This document shows positions 24,161 through 32,000 of a DNA stretch of 32,000 nucleotides, one piece after another. This DNA comes from Microcystis aeruginosa NIES-2549 (GTDB taxonomy: Bacteria > Cyanobacteriota > Cyanobacteriia > Cyanobacteriales > Microcystaceae): contig NZ_CP011304.1 in the NCBI RefSeq assembly GCF_000981785.2, forward strand, positions 1,680,001 to 1,712,000. Direction: 5' to 3'. The notes under the pieces are model-generated. The model worked only from the letters and a program-made list of their open reading frames with translations. It made no database searches and was not told where the DNA came from. Each line of letters begins with the position of its first letter. Position 1 is the stretch's first letter. The position numbers and the translations under genes were made by a program.

Positions 24161-25249
24161 ATGTTAAGCAAAAACACCATTTTCGCCATCTTATTGATTT
24201 TTGTGCCGCTATCGATCGCCGGTTCCCTGTTACACTGGGGCGGAACGGTAGTTTTTATCACCGCTTGTCTAGCCATTATCCCCCTAGCGGCCTACATGGG
24301 GGAAGCCACCGAAGCGATTGCGGTGGTAGTCGGGCCAAATATTGGCGGTTTGATGAATGCCACCTTTGGCAATGCCACAGAATTAATTCTCGCCTATGTC
24401 GCTTTGCGGGAAGGGTTCATCGATGTGGTAAAAGCGACGATTACTGGCTCAATTATCGGTAATTTACTCTTAGTTATGGGATTATCGATGTTTTTAGGCG
24501 GTTTACGCTTCAAAGAACAGGAATTTCAGCCAATAACTGCCCGTTTAAACGCTTCAGCTATGAATTTAGCGGTGGTGGCGCTCCTTTTACCCACTGCCGT
24601 GGAATTTACCTCCACGGGAGTCGGGGAACCAGTCCTACAGCGTCTATCCGTGGCCGTGGCAGCGGTGTTAATTTTCGTCTATGGTTTAAGTCTCTTATTC
24701 TCCATGAAAACCCACACCTATCTCTATGATGTCGGGATTGCCGGTATCGAGGAGGAAAGCACTGGAGAAAACCCCGAAAAGCCGAAAATCTGGTTTTGGT
24801 CTTTGATTTTATTGATCGTTACCATCGCCGTGGCCGTAGAATCGGAGTTATTGGTGGCATCCCTAGAGGAGGCTACGGAACAGCTAGGTTTAACGGCGCT
24901 GTTTACTGGGGTAATTCTTTTGCCTATTATCGGTAATGCAGCCGAACACGCTACGGCTGTCACCGTCGCTCTTAAGAATAAAATGGATCTATCGGTATCT
25001 GTGGCCGTCGGTTCCAGTATGCAGATCGCCCTGTTTGTGGCTCCGGTTTTGGTTATCATGGGTTATATTATCGGTCAGCCCATGGATCTAAATTTTAATC
25101 CCTTTGAGCTAGTAGCAGTGGCTGTAGCGGTGTGGTTGGCTAATTCGATTAGTAGTGATGGGCGATCGAATTGGTTAGAAGGAATGTTACTCTTAGCTAC
25201 ATATACTATTCTGGCCTTGGCTTTCTTTTTTCATCCTCTCACTGCTTAA
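24161..25249 (+). CDS. cax: Ca2+/H+ antiporter (CAX family)
   Basis: Two alpha-repeat signatures, GNATELI and GNAAEH, in a protein of about 11 transmembrane helices with an acidic central loop. Confidence 0.92.
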   Translation: MLSKNTIFAILLIFVPLSIAGSLLHWGGTVVFITACLAIIPLAAYMGEATEAIAVVVGPNIGGLMNATFGNATELILAYVALREGFIDVVKATITGSIIGNLLLVMGLSMFLGGLRFKEQEFQPITARLNASAMNLAVVALLLPTAVEFTSTGVGEPVLQRLSVAVAAVLIFVYGLSLLFSMKTHTYLYDVGIAGIEEESTGENPEKPKIWFWSLILLIVTIAVAVESELLVASLEEATEQLGLTALFTGVILLPIIGNAAEHATAVTVALKNKMDLSVSVAVGSSMQIALFVAPVLVIMGYIIGQPMDLNFNPFELVAVAVAVWLANSISSDGRSNWLEGMLLLATYTILALAFFFHPLTA

Positions 25250-25251
25250 AG

Positions 25252-25929
25252 TTATTTCTTGGAGATATATAGACAATGACGGATGCTTTGGCTTAAGGGA
25301 GTGGTAAAACTGGCAATTTCGAGGATTTTACCGCCAGCTTTCCCTAGATTCTCCTCTAAACTTAAACTATCCTGCTCGGACCACTGACCACGATAGAGAA
25401 TAGCGATTCCGGTCTTTTTCAGGAAAGGCAAAGCATAGTTAACACAGATATCCACATTACCTACCGCACGCAAACAGACGATATCGTAAGCACAGTTATG
25501 TTTAAGGTTTTTCCCGACGATTTCCGCCCGACCTAAACGAGTTTTCGTGTTATTTAACTCTAATTTGTCAATAACTTCTTCAAGAAAATTAATCTTTTTT
25601 TGGGTGGAATCCAAGAGAGTCACCGACCAATGGGTATATGCGATCGCAATTGGCACCCCCGGAAACCCGGCCCCGGTCCCCAAATCAATGACTGATAGGG
25701 ATTTTGTCAATAGATCTGGCTGGGATTTTTGCAACCAAGCTAAACCCGATAAAGAATCCCAAAGATGTTTTTCCCAAAACTCCTCCGGTTGGGTAATTCG
25801 GGTGAGATTAAAACGTTGATTACCCTCTAAAATCAACTCATAAAGTTGTTGAAATCGCGCTTGTTGGGCCCCATCGGGTTGCCATTCTAGGGTTTCTTGC
25901 CAAAGGTCAAATAATTCAGGAAGGATCAT
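25252..25929 (-). CDS. rsmG: 16S rRNA (guanine527-N7)-methyltransferase
   Basis: The FNLTRI block, SAM motif DLGTGAGFPGVPIAI, and overall GidB length and pattern. Confidence 0.92.
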   Translation of the reverse strand: MILPELFDLWQETLEWQPDGAQQARFQQLYELILEGNQRFNLTRITQPEEFWEKHLWDSLSGLAWLQKSQPDLLTKSLSVIDLGTGAGFPGVPIAIAYTHWSVTLLDSTQKKINFLEEVIDKLELNNTKTRLGRAEIVGKNLKHNCAYDIVCLRAVGNVDICVNYALPFLKKTGIAILYRGQWSEQDSLSLEENLGKAGGKILEIASFTTPLSQSIRHCLYISKK

Positions 25930-25933
25930 TAAT

Positions 25934-26723
25934 TCAGTTATCAGTAATCAGTTATCAGTAATCAGTTATCAGGTATGAGGGGAGTGGGGAAATTTCAACT
26001 AATACCCCAAAACCTCAACTATCTGTTTTTTCACTTTTTAATTCCCTCAAATGTCCTTGTTCAATTTTCCAGTGACGGTCAGCAATAGGCAATAATTCCC
26101 CGGCATCGTGACTAACTACTAATAAAGTCCAGTGTTGTTTGAGACTAGCGAGAAGTTTAGCCAATTGACGACGCATAGACCAATCTAAACCGGCCGTAGG
26201 TTCATCGAGAAGTAACAGATTAGGCTGCCGGATTAACTGGACAGCGAGGGATAAACGACGCTGTTGAACACCACTAAGATTGTGGGGAGAATTATCCAGA
26301 GGAATATTTTCTAATCCTACCTCCTTAATCAGTTATCAGTAATCAGTTATCAGTAATCAGTTATCAGGTATGAGGGGAGTGGGGAAATTTCAACTAATAC
26401 CCCAAAACCTCAACTATCTGTTTTTTCACTTTTTACTTCCCTCAAATGTCCTTGTTCAATTTTCCAGTGACGGTCAGCAATAGGCAATAATTCCCCGGCA
26501 TCGTGACTAACTACTAATAAAGTCCAGTGTTGTTTGAGACTAGCGAGAAGTTTAGCCAATTGACGACGCATAGACCAATCTAAACCGGCCGTAGGTTCAT
26601 CGAGAAGTAACAGATTAGGCTGCCGGATTAACTGGACAGCGAGGGATAAACGACGCTGTTGACCACCACTAAGATTATGGGGAGAAGTATCCAGAGGAAT
26701 ATTTTCTAATCCTACCTCCTTTA
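25934..26723. repeat. Tandem duplication, two units of 395 bp
   Basis: 25934-26328 and 26329-26723 align base for base at a constant +395 offset, with 4 internal substitutions seen by eye. Identity breaks down over the last few bases of each unit. Each unit is a CAGTTAT/CAGTAAT heptamer block, about 43 nt, and the last 312 nt of the ABC ATPase gene. Confidence 0.9.
26015..26326 (-). pseudogene. Duplicated 3' fragment (C-terminal ~104 codons) of the ABC ATPase gene
   Basis: Copy of 26410-26721. The frame is still open, but the copy has no Walker A region and no start codon. Substitutions relative to the parent: LSGGQ to LSGVQ, DTSP to DNSP, REV to REL, and one synonymous change. Confidence 0.8.
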
Positions 26724-27057
26724 GGGCCGCCGTTAGGCGATCGCTTTTAATCTCTGGATGACCGAGACGCAACTCCTCAAGGATGGTTTTACCGCAAAAA
26801 TGACGTTCGGGAAACTGAAAAACGATTCCTCCTAATTGTTGCAGGTGCAGCACCGTTAATTCTTGGTCGCGCCAGTGAATCGTCCCTGCTGTTTTATCGG
26901 CAAAGCCTGCTAAAATTTCCAAAAGAGTCGTTTTTCCGGAACCACTGGGCCCGACAATCAGACCTAATTCTTGGGGGGCTAATTCAAGATTAATCCCCTG
27001 TAAAATGGGATTGAGGGCAGCGGGAGGATGATAAACCACATCTTTGAGATAAAGCAT
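26410..27057 (-). CDS. ABC transporter ATP-binding protein (ECF/CbiO-like)
   Basis: Walker A GPSGSGKTT, signature LSGGQQRR, Walker B LLLLDEPTAGLD, H-loop VSHD. Confidence 0.92.
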   Translation of the reverse strand: MLYLKDVVYHPPAALNPILQGINLELAPQELGLIVGPSGSGKTTLLEILAGFADKTAGTIHWRDQELTVLHLQQLGGIVFQFPERHFCGKTILEELRLGHPEIKSDRLTAALKEVGLENIPLDTSPHNLSGGQQRRLSLAVQLIRQPNLLLLDEPTAGLDWSMRRQLAKLLASLKQHWTLLVVSHDAGELLPIADRHWKIEQGHLREVKSEKTDS

Positions 27058-27103
27058 TGACAGGAAAATAACTGGAAATTAAGTCTAGAAACCCGTTTCT
27101 ATT

Positions 27104-28057
27104 GTGACAGATTTTTTCATTCGCTCAAGGAGACTTTTGACCATGGTGCTGAGGTTAGGTTTAACCAAAAAAATGGCGATCGGTGCTTCCCTGGCTGTTA
27201 TGGTAGTGGTTAACTGGATTGGTCCCGGGTTAGCTGGGGATCCTTTCCGCAAAACCAATCCCCGACCGATTGGTGATAAGACCGAGGCCGCTTTTAACGC
27301 TATTTTTAAACAAGGTAACTATCTAGAGGCAAAAAAATTAATTGTTGAGGCCACAGAAAAGGAACCCCAAGAACCTTTGGCCCATGCTATGCGTGCCTCT
27401 CTTGCTTTTACCGACCAGGATTGGAACACCCTAAAAACCTACTCCGAGAAAACTAAGGCAGCGGCCAAACAAATGCAGGACAGCGACCCTTTAAGGGGAA
27501 ATTTGTATCTAGCGGTGGGGAGTTTTTTAGAGGGAACCTACGTTTTTCAAACCGAAGGAGCAGTATCGGCTATCCCCAGATTACAACAGGTGTTTCAGTA
27601 TTTGGAAACCGCAGAAAAGGCTAATCCTACGGATCCGGAATTGAACCTGTTAAAGGGTTATATGGATTTGATTTTAGCGGTTAATCTACCCTTTTCTAGT
27701 CCCCAAGAGGCAATTGAAAGGTTAGAAACCTACGGAAGTCCCGATTACTTGGTTGATCGAGGTATAGCTCTAGCTTACCGGGATTTAAAGCAGTACGATC
27801 AGGCTTTGCGGTTTATCGATAACGCGCTGAAAGCGACCCCCGATAATCCGGAATTAATGTATCTGAAGGGTCAAATCCTGAGAATTCAAGGCAATACGGA
27901 TAAAAATACCGGCTCTTTGAAACTGGCACTAGATTACTTTAATAATGCCCTGAAAAAACAGGAACAACTCCCCGAATCAGTCAAAAAACAGTTAAATCGC
28001 GAACACCGTAAGGTACAGGAGGAGATTAAATCCCTAGAAAACACCGCTAGTCGTTAA
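27104..28057 (+). CDS. TPR-repeat protein with N-terminal membrane anchor/signal
   Basis: Hydrophobic MAIGASLAVMVVVNWIGPGLAG followed by TPR-like helical repeats (YLEAKKLI, ALAYRDLKQYDQALRFIDNALKATPDNPE). The true start is probably the ATG at 27143 or 27173. Confidence 0.75.
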   Translation: MTDFFIRSRRLLTMVLRLGLTKKMAIGASLAVMVVVNWIGPGLAGDPFRKTNPRPIGDKTEAAFNAIFKQGNYLEAKKLIVEATEKEPQEPLAHAMRASLAFTDQDWNTLKTYSEKTKAAAKQMQDSDPLRGNLYLAVGSFLEGTYVFQTEGAVSAIPRLQQVFQYLETAEKANPTDPELNLLKGYMDLILAVNLPFSSPQEAIERLETYGSPDYLVDRGIALAYRDLKQYDQALRFIDNALKATPDNPELMYLKGQILRIQGNTDKNTGSLKLALDYFNNALKKQEQLPESVKKQLNREHRKVQEEIKSLENTASR

Positions 28058-28453
28058 AAAACGTCTATTATCGGTTATCAGCTTCTGAAGGCAAAAGGCA
28101 GCCGTCAAGGCTGCATCGCAGATTTGCGGGAATACCGACAATCAGCAATTATCAGTGACTCTTAGATGATAACAAATGTATCAGCAGCTGCGTGTAAGCA
28201 TCCCACCGAAAAACTAATGCGCTCCGGGGTTTGGGGGGTTCTACCCCCCAAAAGCTGGGATTGAGTGGTAAAATCAGAAACAACGCCCGATTTTAGCAGG
28301 GGGGTTTCTCCGTAAAAATCCCAATTGGTAGATTTACAAAAATGAGATGTACCCGCCGTCAAATTTTGCCAAAACAGAAAATCCCCTCTTATGTTATATA
28401 AAGTAAAGGATTATTAAGCTTCGCGGAAGTTTATTAATTAAAGTTAAAATATA

Positions 28454-28482
28454 TTGACAAAAAAATTGGCTTGTGGTATAGA
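28454..28482 (+). promoter_or_regulatory. Candidate sigma70-type promoter of desA
   Basis: TTGACA (28454-28459), a 17-nt spacer, then TATAGA (28477-28482), about 70 nt upstream of the desA ATG. Sequence match only. Confidence 0.3.
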
Positions 28483-28550
28483 GCAGAATTTGGCTAAACC
28501 TCCTAGCTGATTTATTGTCAAGGGTTCACCTAAGTGTAATTGGAGATTTC

Positions 28551-29591
28551 ATGACGGCAACGACGGATAAATTGCATGGGGAGTTGATCGCCTCGATCGA
28601 GCCAGACTTTAAACTGAAAGATATTATTAAAACCATTCCCAAAGAATATTTCCAGAAAGACCCAGTTAAAGCTTGGTTTGGAGTGATTACGAATATTTTG
28701 GCGGTCATTGCGGGTTATGCAATGCTAGTTTATTCTCCCTGGTATTTACTGCCTTTAGCTTGGATTTTCACTGGTACAGCTTTAACGGGATTCTTTGTGA
28801 TCGCCCATGATTGCGGTCATCGGTCTTTTTCTAATCGACCCTGGGTTAATGATCTTGTCGGTCATATTTTCCTCTTACCGCTTATCTATCCCTTCCACTG
28901 CTGGCGTTTCCTCCACGATCGCCATCATGCTAAAACTAACATGGTAACTATAGATAATGCTTGGGATCCGTGGGAATTAGAAGCTTTTAACTCGGCTAAT
29001 CCCCTAGTGCGTCTCTTTTATCGCGGCATTCGCGGTCGTTTATGGTGGATCGGTTCGATCGCCCACTGGGCTATTCTACACTTCAACATCGAACAATTCA
29101 AAGAGAACGAACGGGAAAAAGCCCGCTTTTCGATGATTGTCGTCCTAGTTTTTGCCGCTATTTTTTTCCCAACCCTAATTTTCTACACTGGTGTCTGGGG
29201 ATTGGTTAAATTTTGGGTGGTGCCTTGGTTTGTCTATCATTTTTGGATGAGTACCTTTACCCTTGTCCATCATACAGACCCCGATATTCAATTTTCCTAT
29301 CCCGAACACTGGAATCAAGCTTTAGCGCAACTAGAAGGAACAGTTCACTGTAGCTATCCCCGTTGGGTAGAAATTCTCTGTCACGATATTAATGTCCATA
29401 TCCCCCATCATATCTCGACGGCGATTCCTTCCTATAACCTCCGCAAAGTTCACGCTAGTCTCAAAGAAAATTGGGGTAGTCACCTGAAAGAAACCGAGTT
29501 TTCTTGGGCATTAATGAAGCGAATCGTTGATCATTGCCATATTTTCGACTCCGAAACCGCCTACAAAACCTTTAAGGAAAGCCGCGGTTAA
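28551..29591 (+). CDS. desA: Delta-12 (omega-6) acyl-lipid fatty acid desaturase
   Basis: His boxes [13 protein letters not shown] and HIPHH. There is near-colinear similarity to my recollection of Synechocystis DesA ([58 protein letters not shown]). A GGAG SD lies 5 nt upstream of the ATG at 28551. The track ORF starts further upstream at 28515. Confidence 0.93.
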   Translation: MTATTDKLHGELIASIEPDFKLKDIIKTIPKEYFQKDPVKAWFGVITNILAVIAGYAMLVYSPWYLLPLAWIFTGTALTGFFVIAHDCGHRSFSNRPWVNDLVGHIFLLPLIYPFHCWRFLHDRHHAKTNMVTIDNAWDPWELEAFNSANPLVRLFYRGIRGRLWWIGSIAHWAILHFNIEQFKENEREKARFSMIVVLVFAAIFFPTLIFYTGVWGLVKFWVVPWFVYHFWMSTFTLVHHTDPDIQFSYPEHWNQALAQLEGTVHCSYPRWVEILCHDINVHIPHHISTAIPSYNLRKVHASLKENWGSHLKETEFSWALMKRIVDHCHIFDSETAYKTFKESRG

Positions 29592-29593
29592 AT

Positions 29594-29805
29594 CAGTTAT
29601 CAGTTATCAGTTATCAGTTATCAGTGGGTAAGTTATCAGTTATCAGTGATCAGATTTGAGTTTTAAGTGACAGTATTAAATATCAGTTATCAGTGGGTAA
29701 GTTATCAGTGATCAGATTTGAGTTTTAAGTGACAGTATTAAATCGAAGTTTCCTACTGTCTTTTCACTGATTACTGATAACTGTTTACTGATTACTGTTT
29801 ACTGG
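29594..29805. repeat. Heptamer (CAGTTAT)n array, 62-69 bp direct repeat and inverted heptamer block
   Basis: Four perfect CAGTTAT units (29594-29621). Direct repeat TATCAGTTATCAGTGGGTAAGTTATCAG(TTATCAG)TGATCAGATTTGAGTTTTAAGTGACAGTATTAAA at 29612-29680 and 29681-29742. The reverse-complement block TCACTGATTACTGATAACTGTTTACTGATTACTGTTTACTG lies at about 29764-29804. Confidence 0.85.
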
Positions 29806-29842
29806 ACGGCTACGCCGTGCCTTTGGCAACACTGAAAAAAGA

Positions 29843-31429
29843 TTACCAGGAAGCGCGTTTACCATTGGGCATAACTGTTAACCAATTGGTTTTTGCTAGG
29901 GCGATTTGTTCCGGATTTACTTGAGCATAAGAGAGATTAGCCCCGCAAAGATTAGCGTTTTTGAGATGAGCGTCGCGAAGATTGGCTCCGATGAGATTCG
30001 CCCCGCGTAAATCGGACTCTTCCAGGTCTGCATAACCGAGATAGGCATTATTTAAATTGGTATTTTTGAGAATAGCTTGACTGAGATTAGCCCGGCCCAG
30101 ATCCGCATTGGATAGATCCGCTCCTTGTAAATTAGTGCCTGTTAATTTGCATTGAAAGAAATTTACCCCCAAAAGTTTTGCTTTAGACAGATTGAGATTC
30201 GATAATTCCTCCTGGGCAAAATTGCGCCGGCCGTTATTGTAAGCATCGAGAATCGCTTTTTCATCTAAGCGGCGTTTTCTCTTCAGTAAGGTTATATCTG
30301 CGCTGCTGTGGTCTTTGTTTCTGGATGGTATATTTATATTGGTTGTGAAAAAGGCCATCTGTCCCCCCAGCAGATTATCTGGAGAGGCCCCTGAATTTTT
30401 ATTTTTGGGGCGAAATTTAAAGTTGAGAGGGCCAGAAACGGAGGAAGTGGCTATTGGACCTAAATGTTGTGGTGGTTTCGGGGAAGTAACCATTGGAGCC
30501 GCGGTTAAACTTTGGGCTAGACTATCGGCATAAGCGGTCATGTCTAAAGCATCCATTACCTCTTGGGCGGATTTGTAGCGATGACGGACGGAGACTTCCA
30601 GCATTGTTTTCAGGACTTTAGCAAACTGGGGACTCACCTTGACTAATTTTTCCCAGAGTAATTCACCTGTATTGACATCAACTTCGATAGCTTTAGGAGA
30701 TCTGCCCGTGAGTAGATAGATACAGGTAACTCCCACGGCATAGATATCACTAGCATAGACCGGACGCATGGCCATCTGTTCGGGAGGGGCAAAACCTTGG
30801 GTACCCACGGCAAAATTAGTGAAGGCAGTTTGAGAATTGACATTGGCAATAATAGTGTTAACTTGATTTTTGACAGCCCCAAAGTCAATCAGAACCAATT
30901 TTCGATCCGTTTGCCGAAGAATTAGGTTAGCGGGTTTGATATCCCGATGAATTACCTTTTGTTTGTGGATATATTTCAAAATCGGCAACAGTTCACTTAA
31001 AAACTGTTTGACTCCCGCTTCGCTAAACGGTCCGCGTTTTTTTACCTCTTGGTACAGGTTATGACCTTTAACGTATTCTTGAACTAGATAAAACTGTTGA
31101 TTATCTTCAAAATAGTCCAATAATCGGGGAACCTGCGGATGAACGCCCAGTTTTCCCAGGGTTTCCGCTTCTCGCCCAAAAAGTTCCCTGGCCATCTGAA
31201 AAACATTAGGATCGTCAGTGGAAGGTCGCAGTTGTTTGACCACACAGATGGGGTTACCTGGTAGGGACAAATCCGATGAGACAAAGGTTGCCCCAAACCC
31301 TCCTTTCCCTAAAATGCCTAGGATCTGATAGCGGTCGTGCAGAAGAAGTTTTGAACCGCAACTCTCGCAGATTAACGCTTTTGGGGCGTTTTTCGGTTGA
31401 GGACAGTCGGGATTAAGGCAGTAGGTCAT
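29843..31429 (-). CDS. Hanks-type Ser/Thr protein kinase with N-terminal Cys motif and C-terminal pentapeptide repeats (SpkB-like)
   Basis: CLNPDCPQPKN...CESCGS zinc-ribbon-like motif. Kinase motifs GKGGFGATF, VVKQL, HRDIKPANL, DFG and APPE. C-terminal A(D/N)LxG pentapeptide repeats (GADLSNADLGRANLSQAILKNTNL...). Confidence 0.93.
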   Translation of the reverse strand: MTYCLNPDCPQPKNAPKALICESCGSKLLLHDRYQILGILGKGGFGATFVSSDLSLPGNPICVVKQLRPSTDDPNVFQMARELFGREAETLGKLGVHPQVPRLLDYFEDNQQFYLVQEYVKGHNLYQEVKKRGPFSEAGVKQFLSELLPILKYIHKQKVIHRDIKPANLILRQTDRKLVLIDFGAVKNQVNTIIANVNSQTAFTNFAVGTQGFAPPEQMAMRPVYASDIYAVGVTCIYLLTGRSPKAIEVDVNTGELLWEKLVKVSPQFAKVLKTMLEVSVRHRYKSAQEVMDALDMTAYADSLAQSLTAAPMVTSPKPPQHLGPIATSSVSGPLNFKFRPKNKNSGASPDNLLGGQMAFFTTNINIPSRNKDHSSADITLLKRKRRLDEKAILDAYNNGRRNFAQEELSNLNLSKAKLLGVNFFQCKLTGTNLQGADLSNADLGRANLSQAILKNTNLNNAYLGYADLEESDLRGANLIGANLRDAHLKNANLCGANLSYAQVNPEQIALAKTNWLTVMPNGKRASW

Positions 31430-32000
31430 ATAGAGTCACCAGTTGACCAATACTTTTTTGCTAACTATAGTTTAACAATGCACTCTTTCGAGATTCTCCT
31501 CAAGAGGGAGGACTTACCAGAGTCTAAAACCCTAAAGAAGCTTTAGACAATCAAAGCGCGTGTAACGCCTTTTAGTGTGACTGCTTGGTTAACGCAGGGG
31601 CAACTTATCAAGATAGCGGTTGCTGGCTAACTGGGATTTTCACCTAAACTATCCCAGTTTATCACAGATTTTAACATTGGCTATCTAAATTACTCGTTAA
31701 AATTGCGGGAGAGAAGAGAGAAGGGAGCAGGGAGAAAAAGTTTGAGCATTTGTACTAAAATATCTAATACGCAGTTTAAATAGGGCTTGCTGAAAAAGGC
31801 CTAGGCTGGGGTCCGGCAGAAGGCAGAAGGCAGGAGTTTAAGGCTTTGTTGCCCTCTTTTTTATTGTACCAGTTTATGTACTAAAACAAGGATAATGCCA
31901 GGTTTTTGAAGGTTCCAATCCTAAAAAAACGGAATCCAGAGAACTTCCCTGTGCATAGTTTTCGGACTTTATTGGAGGACTTGGGGACAATTTGCTTGAA

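Noticed and set aside
28162-28362. 66-aa minus-strand ORF in the TPR-desA spacer
   Set aside because: It has no motif. It spans a G8/C8-type hairpin repeat (28231-28251) and heptamer-like repeats, so it is most likely non-coding repeat DNA.
29594-29805. Possible CRISPR array (also considered for 25934-26723)
   Set aside because: The repeats are heptamer microsatellites plus two adjacent 62-69-bp copies with no unique spacers between them. The 395-bp units are a plain tandem duplication containing coding sequence. No cas genes are in the window.

Overview
This is a cyanobacterial chromosomal segment. Evidence: ten HIP1 octamers (GCGATCGC) counted by eye, CAGTTAT heptamer arrays, GTAGGGTTG/TAAGTAGG palindromic MITE-like elements, and DesA, CAX, EGY-like M50 and Cys-motif/pentapeptide Ser/Thr kinase orthologues. 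It looks like Microcystis or a related unicellular cyanobacterium. The housekeeping backbone is: a ClpC-type unfoldase (partial), TrmH-family methyltransferase, tRNA-Leu(CAG), murA, a SIMPL protein, an alpha/beta hydrolase, ffh, thiL, an MBL-fold protein, an M50 site-2 protease, a DUF218 protein, cax, rsmG, an ABC ATPase, a TPR protein, desA and a Ser/Thr kinase. The main accessory feature is an island of about 8.8 kb (9.6-18.4 kb) between a small secreted-protein gene and ffh. It carries a complete Type I restriction-modification system (hsdM, hsdS, hsdR) whose three genes are pushed apart by small inserted modules. Between hsdM and hsdS lie a Uma2 nuclease stump, an antitoxin with a truncated VapC, and an intact antitoxin/PIN pair. 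Between hsdS and hsdR lie a HigB stump cut by MITEs and an opposite-strand DUF6883/DUF4926-like bicistron that sits head-to-head 27 bp from hsdR. That bicistron is my best candidate for an uncharacterised system. Other notable items: two decayed TnpB (IS200/IS605) relics, a 395-bp tandem duplication that copies the 3' end of the ABC ATPase gene, heptamer-repeat palindromes at gene 3' ends, a ClpC paralogue without an M-domain, and an MBL-fold protein with a degenerate metal motif. I saw no CRISPR array, rRNA or intact transposase. All family assignments come from motif recognition by eye and need HMM/BLAST confirmation.
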